Shown here: positions 57,860-64,000 of the stretch, one piece after another
Layout of the letters: every line of letters starts with the position of its first letter
How positions within the stretch are numbered: the first letter of the stretch is position 1
Origin: Acidobacteriota bacterium
GTDB lineage: Bacteria; Acidobacteriota; UBA6911; RPQK01; JAJDTT01
Reading direction: 5' to 3'
Assembly (NCBI GenBank): GCA_965209055.1
Contig: OZ242374.1
Location: 480,001-544,000, forward strand
Length of the DNA stretch: 64,000 bases
Program-made: the position numbers and the translations under genes
The notes under the pieces: model-generated
What the model was told of the DNA's origin: nothing
Seen by the model: the letters and a program-made list of their open reading frames with translations, nothing else
Databases searched by the model: none

Positions 57860-59028
57860 CAGGGACTCGATTTCGACGCCCGAACGTGGTCAGGCATCTT
57901 GTAACTCATCGCGCCCAACACGGCCTCGTCGTAGACCGAGATTTCGAGCATCTGGCAAAAATTCTCCGACCTGATCAACTGCTGGCTCTTGAGCAGATGC
58001 TGAAAACGTTGTTTCAACCGGTAAGCGAACAGCACACCCAAGGTATTCGACTTTGGAAACTGCAACTGGTCGGCAAGCCTGTTTCCGATCAGGGAGCGTG
58101 ACAGCCGGTAGGCCAGGTCCTTCACGGCGACCTGTTCCTCCGGGTCTTCGATTCCCGCCGTCAGGGGAATCGCCTCTACCAGCGCGTTGGCCATGGTGGC
58201 CGAATCACTGTCCGGGGTCGGCTCGCACATGTGGGCTACATCGAATATTTCGCGCGCGTGGCTTTCACTGGAAAAGAGGATGGACTCGGGCACCCCCATG
58301 ACGTACCCGGCGTATCGCCAGACTTGCAGCACACTCTCTCGCTCCTCCCCGGAATACCTGGCCCCCACGGAAATCGAATGCTGGAGCAGGCGCATGGAAA
58401 AGACGGTGGTGGCGAAACCCAGGTGCGCCGCGCTGATCGGCGTACCCCAAGCATCGGCATCCCAAGCGTCGGAATTCGCCAACAGGTGCCTCACTCGGGC
58501 GTGAACGAAGCGAAGGCGCATGGAGAGCTTCCAACCATCTCCATCCCTCCGCAGACCTCCGGGGAAAAACACCTCCAGCAGATGGCGGTTGTTCTGCATC
58601 AGGCGCCTTCTCGCGGTCAAGGGGCTCAAGACGCGTCCCGTCGTGGCGAAAGACTTGGCGATCAGCGTCGCAAATCCCTCGATCAGCACGCCCGTGACAA
58701 AGGCGACGAGGATTTTCGTCGTGTTCAGGTGAAAGGCCCGGACGCCGGGACGAAAAGCTTCGTAGTCGAACCAGGGGGGATCTTCCAGATTCTCGAAAAA
58801 ACCGCGCAGTGACTGCGGCGCGGCGCGAAGACCCTCTTCGTCCTGGTCGATCCCGGCTCGGATGAATCGATGCAATACGTGGGGCGGCAACGAGGAGACC
58901 TCGTCCATCACCGGATCGAGCGCGGGGTCGCCGACGGTCGTGTGCCGGATATAGCTGTCGGCAAGCGTCTGGTCGTAGCGCCGGGCCTCCCGGTAGCCCT
59001 CGACATACGCCGAGGGGGATTGCAGCAT
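57856..59028 (-). CDS. MpaB/Lcp (latex-clearing protein, DUF2236)-like heme oxygenase
   Basis: GDPAL, PPW.D, TGR.....ARRRL, GWK.SMRLRFVHARVR (family R..H motif with heme His), WGTPI, WRYAGYVMGV. Confidence 0.85.
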   Translation of the reverse strand: MLQSPSAYVEGYREARRYDQTLADSYIRHTTVGDPALDPVMDEVSSLPPHVLHRFIRAGIDQDEEGLRAAPQSLRGFFENLEDPPWFDYEAFRPGVRAFHLNTTKILVAFVTGVLIEGFATLIAKSFATTGRVLSPLTARRRLMQNNRHLLEVFFPGGLRRDGDGWKLSMRLRFVHARVRHLLANSDAWDADAWGTPISAAHLGFATTVFSMRLLQHSISVGARYSGEERESVLQVWRYAGYVMGVPESILFSSESHAREIFDVAHMCEPTPDSDSATMANALVEAIPLTAGIEDPEEQVAVKDLAYRLSRSLIGNRLADQLQFPKSNTLGVLFAYRLKQRFQHLLKSQQLIRSENFCQMLEISVYDEAVLGAMSYKMPDHVRASKSSPW

Positions 59029-59152
59029 TCGTCGATCTCCTGACAGTCTGCCTGACTGATGGACAGCAGCGGATCTTCAGGACGCTCCGTCCGGAGAACT
59101 GTCCCGGTCGAAGGCCATTCCAGATTCGACGGTGAATCTCCAGGCCCGATCA

Positions 59153-59170
59153 ATGCGCCGCGCGTGCCAG
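59153..59170 (-). promoter_or_regulatory. candidate sigma54 promoter for the oxygenase-export operon
   Basis: Minus strand CTGGCACGCGCGGCGCAT = TGGCACG -24 element with GG-N10-GC spacing, ~125 bp upstream of the start at 59028. Confidence 0.4.
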
Positions 59171-59419
59171 CCAATCACATGCGGATGCGCCGAAAGTGCC
59201 CGCCGTAAAGGGTTTTATGCTCGATCCAATTCCCTGGACCGAGTCAGCAACAAATCATAGCACACAGTAACGACCCCCCTCCCATTTTCAGGAAGGCCGC
59301 TGCCGGATCAAATATCCCGGCCGCAGGATTGATCAACCGGCGGTTTCCGGCCCCATGCACGTTGTCGCATTCCGGTCATTGATCCAGAGTCCGGGAGTCT
59401 GATCGAACCCGTCAACCGG

Positions 59420-60697
59420 CTACGGGCGCTCCGCACCAGGCGTCCCGGATCCCGCTATGACGCGAGCCGCCATCTGACCGGAACGAACTGCGCTCTCGAT
59501 GGTTGCGGGCAGACCCGTGTCGATCCAATCCCCGGCCAGAAACAGGTTGGCGAACTCGCTTCCGGTCGAGGGACGGCGCCTCACCTGGCCGGGCGTCTGC
59601 GCGAACGTGGCGCGCTTTTCCTTGACGACGCGGCAGCGGGGTATCCTTTCGCGCTCCTGGCCCAACGCCGCCGCAACGTCGTTCCAACTCCTGCGGGCAA
59701 TGACTTCTGCCGGCTCGCCTGCCAGTGCGTCCGCTGCGCTGACGGTGACGGAAGCCACGTCGCCGCGAATGAAGAGCCACTGCGCGGTTCCCCCGATCAG
59801 TCCGAGGAGAGGAAGCTCCGGCGGCATTCCGGCCGGTTTGGACAACCGGAAATGAGCGTTGACGATGGCGTGGGTTTCGCCGGGGACGGACAACCCCGGC
59901 ACCAGCTCCGCCGCAGCCAGAGGAGGAACAGCCAGTACCACGGACCCGCCTTCCCGCAATCGTATTCTTTCGGAGCCGAAGTCCAGACCGTTCGCGCGGC
60001 GGCCCCGGTAGCTGATCCTGCGTAATCGGCGGCCGAACCGAACCGTCGCGCCCCTTTGGTGAAGGAACTTCAGGGCCGGGTCCACGAAGGCGGCGGAGAG
60101 TCCTGTCTTGGCGATCCGCGGCCGGCAGGCCGCCTCCCCTCGGGCGAATGTCTCACGCAAAACGGACCACAGGAGCCTCGCCGCCCCGGATCGAGCCGGC
60201 GTATTCAATGCACCGACCGCCAGCGGTTTCCAGAATCTCTCGAAGAGAACGCCGGTTCCTCCGACGCAGTCGGTCACGGTCGCGTCGGCACCCGCCGTGA
60301 CGAACCGCAGCGCCGAAAAGTAATTCCAGACCCTTGTGTCCGGCACCCGCCGCCCGGACTTCAGGATCCACCACGGGAGTCGTCCGGCATTCGGCCGCAG
60401 CAGCCACCTTTGACCCGTGCGCAAATCCAGGAACGGAAAGCAGGCGGAAGCCGGGCCGATCAGAAAGTCGGCGGCCTCGATGTCAGCCAGGTAGCGCATC
60501 GCGGCGCGGTTGCCGCTCAGCAGCAGATGGTTGCCGTTGTCTATCGTGCGCTCAAGCTTGGCATCGGCGTAGGAGCGGCAGCGGCCTCCCGCATGGCCGC
60601 CCGCTTCGTAGAGCGTCACGTCCCGGCCTCGCCGCACCAGCGACACCGCGGTGGCGAGACCCGCCAAACCGGCGCCGATGACGTGGGTTCGGGGCAC
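59420..60697 (-). CDS. hpnE: hydroxysqualene dehydroxylase (FAD-dependent)
   Basis: VIGAGLAGL, GGRCRSY, IDNGNHLLLSGN, EKRATF, LAGDW..TGLPATIE.A; follows hpnC-hpnD. Confidence 0.92.
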   Translation of the reverse strand: MPRTHVIGAGLAGLATAVSLVRRGRDVTLYEAGGHAGGRCRSYADAKLERTIDNGNHLLLSGNRAAMRYLADIEAADFLIGPASACFPFLDLRTGQRWLLRPNAGRLPWWILKSGRRVPDTRVWNYFSALRFVTAGADATVTDCVGGTGVLFERFWKPLAVGALNTPARSGAARLLWSVLRETFARGEAACRPRIAKTGLSAAFVDPALKFLHQRGATVRFGRRLRRISYRGRRANGLDFGSERIRLREGGSVVLAVPPLAAAELVPGLSVPGETHAIVNAHFRLSKPAGMPPELPLLGLIGGTAQWLFIRGDVASVTVSAADALAGEPAEVIARRSWNDVAAALGQERERIPRCRVVKEKRATFAQTPGQVRRRPSTGSEFANLFLAGDWIDTGLPATIESAVRSGQMAARVIAGSGTPGAERP

Positions 60698-60709
60698 GGT
60701 GAAACTCCG

Positions 60710-61642
60710 TCAGCACAGACCGTAACGCAGAGCGAGCAGCAGCTTCCGGAACCGCGTCAGCCGGATGCCGACGTCGAGCCGCGTCCATCCCCGCTCTTCC
60801 AGGCGATCGAGCAATTCCCGGTACACCGCCATCATGAGAACGGCAGGGCGAATCCTCCGCCATCCGAATTCGGCGATGAGTCTTTCGGTTTCGGCGTAGT
60901 AACCTCGAGCGAGACCGGCCAGTTCGGCGCAGGCTGCGCTAAAGCCTGGATGACTCAGGGTTGCGTTCAACGACGTGGCGGCGACGCCGTGCTTGCTCAG
61001 CAACTCCTGTGGCACGTAGAGCCGATGCAACGCCGCATCCGCCTTCAGGTCACGAAGGATATTCGTCAGTTGCAAAGCGTTCCCCAGCGTCTCGGCGATT
61101 TGAAATCCGGGGTTGCGCGGCACGCCGAAAGCATGGATGGACAGCCTGCCGACAGCTCCCGCGACCTTGCGGCAATAGTGCAACAAATCATCCAGGTCCT
61201 GCATCCGCACGGTGGGCCCGGCATCGATTTCCATACCCTCGATCACCGCCAGGAATTCCTCTTGCGGCAAGTTGTAACGGCGCACCGGTTTCAACAGTGC
61301 CCTCGTGGTCGGCCAATTCGGCTCCCCCGCATAGAGCCGGTCAATCTCTTGCCTCCATGCCGCCAGCGCTCGCCTCTTGTCGGCGTCTTCGCCCGGTTCG
61401 TCGGCAATGTCGTCGACTTCCCGGCAGAACGCATAGATGGCGTAGATTGCACGGCGCCGCTCCGCCGAAAGCGCTCTCATGCCCCACAGGAACGACGTGC
61501 CCGAACGCGCTACGACACGATTCACGTGATCCGCGGGATTGATCCGACCGCCGGGCCGGCTTCCCGGTCCGGCTTGCGATCGAGATACCGTCCTCACGTT
61601 GTCAGCCTTCCCGCGGCGGAAACCTTCATGTCGCACAACCAC
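60710..61642 (-). CDS. hpnD: presqualene diphosphate synthase
   Basis: SGTSF..GM, YAFCREVDDIAD, YC..VAGAVG, LG.ALQLTNILRD, RLYVP; start uncertain. Confidence 0.9.
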   Translation of the reverse strand: MVVRHEGFRRGKADNVRTVSRSQAGPGSRPGGRINPADHVNRVVARSGTSFLWGMRALSAERRRAIYAIYAFCREVDDIADEPGEDADKRRALAAWRQEIDRLYAGEPNWPTTRALLKPVRRYNLPQEEFLAVIEGMEIDAGPTVRMQDLDDLLHYCRKVAGAVGRLSIHAFGVPRNPGFQIAETLGNALQLTNILRDLKADAALHRLYVPQELLSKHGVAATSLNATLSHPGFSAACAELAGLARGYYAETERLIAEFGWRRIRPAVLMMAVYRELLDRLEERGWTRLDVGIRLTRFRKLLLALRYGLC

Positions 61643-61690
61643 TGCGACGTCGGCCCTCCAGCCCGCGTTTCTTCATCGGAAACACGACGA

Positions 61691-62578
61691 TCATGTTACT
61701 TGTTCGGCTTCGGTGCGCCGACGCCGGACCCTCACGAGCAAGGTCCGGCCGATTCCACGCCAAAAGCAGGCCGCGTACTGAACCTTGGTCAGCACGACCC
61801 GTTCGGCCAAAGGGTCCCGCCGGCGCAACTCCCTGCTGAGCTTCCGGGCGATGGCTACGATCACGGCCGTTTCCATGGCGAAACGAAGGTTGCGAAACCG
61901 GTCCGGCAGGCGATCCGCCGACTCCAACAACGTCTCGGTTGCATCGAGGCACCGATTCAATACTCGCCTGAGCGCCGGAGTCGAACGCCTGCGTCCCAGC
62001 ACCTCGACACCGGCCCCGGCCGCCGCCATCCAGTTCTGAGGAAGATAGACCCGGTTCAACGAACGGTAGTCAGGTCCGCAGTCCTGCAGGTGGTTGAGCA
62101 CCTGGAGCGCGTTGCAAAGGGCGTCGCAGGCGGGATACGCGGCCTTCGATTCGCCATGAAGGTCGACCAGGTAGCGCCCCACGGGCGCCGCCGAAAGATC
62201 ACAGTAACCGATGAGATCGTTCCAGTCGGCATACCGCAGTTTGGTCGCGTCCTGAATGAAGGCGCGCGTCAGATCGACACAATGCCGATGGGTGACCTGC
62301 GTGATCTCCAGACTGCGGCGGACGGCGTGAGCTTTGCCAAAAGCCGGATCACCTGTTTCGGCGCCCCTCACCGCTCTGGCGAAGCCGTCCAGTCGTTCGA
62401 TCTTGTCTCCCGGATCCAGGTCGGGGTTGTCGGCAATATCGTCGATCGCCCGGGCATAGGCATAGAAGGTTGCAATATGAGGTCTCAGGTGCGCCGGCAG
62501 CAACCAGGAGCCGACGGGGAAGTTCTCATCCGCCGCAGCTTTGCCGGACGGCGTCTCCATGGCAGCGGCCCTGTCCAT
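61691..62578 (-). CDS. hpnC: hydroxysqualene synthase
   Basis: ENFPVGS, Y..ARAIDDIAD, AF.QD..K.RY..W..L..YC..SA.PVGR, ALQVLNHLQD, RVYLP. Confidence 0.92.
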   Translation of the reverse strand: MDRAAAMETPSGKAAADENFPVGSWLLPAHLRPHIATFYAYARAIDDIADNPDLDPGDKIERLDGFARAVRGAETGDPAFGKAHAVRRSLEITQVTHRHCVDLTRAFIQDATKLRYADWNDLIGYCDLSAAPVGRYLVDLHGESKAAYPACDALCNALQVLNHLQDCGPDYRSLNRVYLPQNWMAAAGAGVEVLGRRRSTPALRRVLNRCLDATETLLESADRLPDRFRNLRFAMETAVIVAIARKLSRELRRRDPLAERVVLTKVQYAACFWRGIGRTLLVRVRRRRTEAEQVT

Positions 62579-62757
62579 CGCGAACCCATAGGCGACCGAT
62601 CAGATCGCTCGCGTGTTTGACAGCACCGGGGGTTGGGAGCCTGGAACTGCCAACGTCAGGCTATGGCGAAAGTTGCCGTCCCTACCAACCGCCGCGCCGG
62701 CGTGGCGCGCTTGGAGCCGGGAGGAGTTGGAGCGCGCCGCCATGGCGGATCCCGGCG

Positions 62758-63177
62758 TCACTCGGCCAACTCTTTGACCAGGGTCAGGTAGTTTCTACCT
62801 CCGTCGCGGCGATAGTGCATCTCGTCCATCATGGTGCGCACCAGGTAGACACCCAGACCGCCCACGGCACGGTCTGCGACTCCGGAGTCCAGATCGGGCG
62901 AGGGCGCATCCTCCAACGGATCGAAGGGAAGGCCATTGTCCACGATCTCGATGGTGAGCGTTCCCGGTTCCGAGGTCAAAGTGATCTCGATCTCATGGAG
63001 ATCGTCGGTCCTGCCATGGTTGATGATGTTGAGTCCCAACTCCTCGAGCACCAGATTGACTCGAAAGACGAGTTGCGGGGGCCATTTCTCGGCGTCGCCG
63101 AATTCTTCCACGGCGGCTGTGATCGTATCCAATTCTTCGGCCCTGGGTTCAACCTTCAGGGCCAGCTTCCGGCTCAA
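62758..63177 (-). CDS. anti-sigma factor / Ser kinase, RsbW-like (copy 1)
   Basis: LVLEELGLNI..HG, IVDNG.PFDP, GGLGVYLVR; TTGA overlap with the PP2C stop. Confidence 0.9.
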   Translation of the reverse strand: MSRKLALKVEPRAEELDTITAAVEEFGDAEKWPPQLVFRVNLVLEELGLNIINHGRTDDLHEIEITLTSEPGTLTIEIVDNGLPFDPLEDAPSPDLDSGVADRAVGGLGVYLVRTMMDEMHYRRDGGRNYLTLVKELAE

Positions 63178-64000
63178 CGATCGCTCTCCCTTCGATAGAG
63201 CACCATGCAGGTGATGTCGTCCGATTGAGGAGTATCCCCGACGAAGTCCCTGACCGCCTCGAAGACCGCGTTGTTGGCCTCCTCGGAATCTTTCGGGGGC
63301 CCATCCGCAAAGATCTCGAACAGACGTTCCGTACCGAACTCTTCGCCGTCGTCGTCCATGGCCTCGGTGACGCCGTCGGTGTAGAAAATCACGGTGTCTC
63401 CGGGTGAAAGGACCACGGTGTTTTCGTGGAAATCGAGGTCGGGAATCACGCCCAGGGCGATCCCATGAGTGAGAGGAAGCAGAGAGGAGCGTCCGTCGGC
63501 ATGGACGACCAGCGGGGAGTTGTGTCCGCCGTTGGCGTAGGTCAGTTCTCCGCTGGCCGGATTGTACACCGCGTACAGGAGGGTGACGAACATGGCGGCG
63601 TCGTTGTCCTCGTCAAGCAGGTTATTGACCTCCCCCAGGACCCGGCCCGGATCCAGAGTTCCGATGGCGGCGCCCTTGAGCAGAGTCCGGCTGGACATCA
63701 TGAAGAGCGCGGCAGGCACTCCCTTGTCCGAAACGTCCGCAATGGCCAGGCCGACCCGGCCTTCGTGGAGGTAGATGACATCGTAAAAATCTCCGCCCAC
63801 ATTGCGAGCCGCCTCCATGCTGGCGGACACTTCGTAGTCGGTGCCCTTGGGGAACTGACTGGGAAGGATGGATTGCTGCATCTGGTTGGCGACATTGAGT
63901 TCGTTCTGCAACGCGACCAGCTTGTCCCGCGAAGCCAGGGCCTCGCGCCACTCCATCATGTGCTGGACCGTCCGGTCGATGGTGATTCGAAGGTCTTTGA
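63174..64000 (-). CDS. PP2C/SpoIIE (RsbU-like) phosphatase, probably with N-terminal receiver domain; 5' end outside window
   Basis: VGGDFYD, IADVSDKGVPAALFM, MFVT, NGGH, YTDGVTEA, DDIT; frame stays open to the window end (KDLRITIDRT resembles the last receiver helix). Confidence 0.92.
   Translation of the reverse strand, partial: KDLRITIDRTVQHMMEWREALASRDKLVALQNELNVANQMQQSILPSQFPKGTDYEVSASMEAARNVGGDFYDVIYLHEGRVGLAIADVSDKGVPAALFMMSSRTLLKGAAIGTLDPGRVLGEVNNLLDEDNDAAMFVTLLYAVYNPASGELTYANGGHNSPLVVHADGRSSLLPLTHGIALGVIPDLDFHENTVVLSPGDTVIFYTDGVTEAMDDDGEEFGTERLFEIFADGPPKDSEEANNAVFEAVRDFVGDTPQSDDITCMVLYRRESDR

Noticed and set aside
57856-59028. Rubber-degradation (true Lcp) assignment
   Set aside because: No Tat signal peptide as in secreted Lcp, and context is biosynthesis/export; only family-level similarity is supportable
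59420-62578. Calling the locus a hopanoid or carotenoid cluster
   Set aside because: No shc/hpnF, hpnG/H or crtI/crtY in the window; motifs match HpnC/D/E specifically

Overview
GC-rich bacterial chromosome segment whose gene families (VWA-Acidobacterial, Oar-like TonB receptors, CRTAC1/ASPIC, TPR, many secreted beta-propeller and Asp-box hydrolases) suggest Acidobacteriota, possibly host-associated (inference). Positions 1-4.6 kb look like a decayed island: a T5orf172 nuclease, two integrase 5' remnants, a 97-bp inverted repeat and a structured hairpin element. Positions 4.6-42 kb are mostly secreted/envelope and catabolic genes, including six paralogous LRxDGF beta-propeller proteins and three toxin-antitoxin modules whose toxins all look damaged. 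Positions 42-49 kb hold a circularly permuted ATP-grasp/alpha-E/transglutaminase operon interrupted by amtB and extended by an oxoprolinase B. The best candidate for a new system is at 49-64 kb. There, hpnCDE squalene synthesis (no cyclase nearby) is followed by an MpaB/Lcp-like isoprenoid-cleaving heme oxygenase, an MMPL exporter, a LolA-like carrier and an outer-membrane barrel. This block sits inside a periplasmic-binding protein/histidine kinase/PP2C/RsbV/2xRsbW partner-switch cascade. All family calls come from motif recognition by eye, with no database searches. No rRNA, tRNA or CRISPR array was seen.
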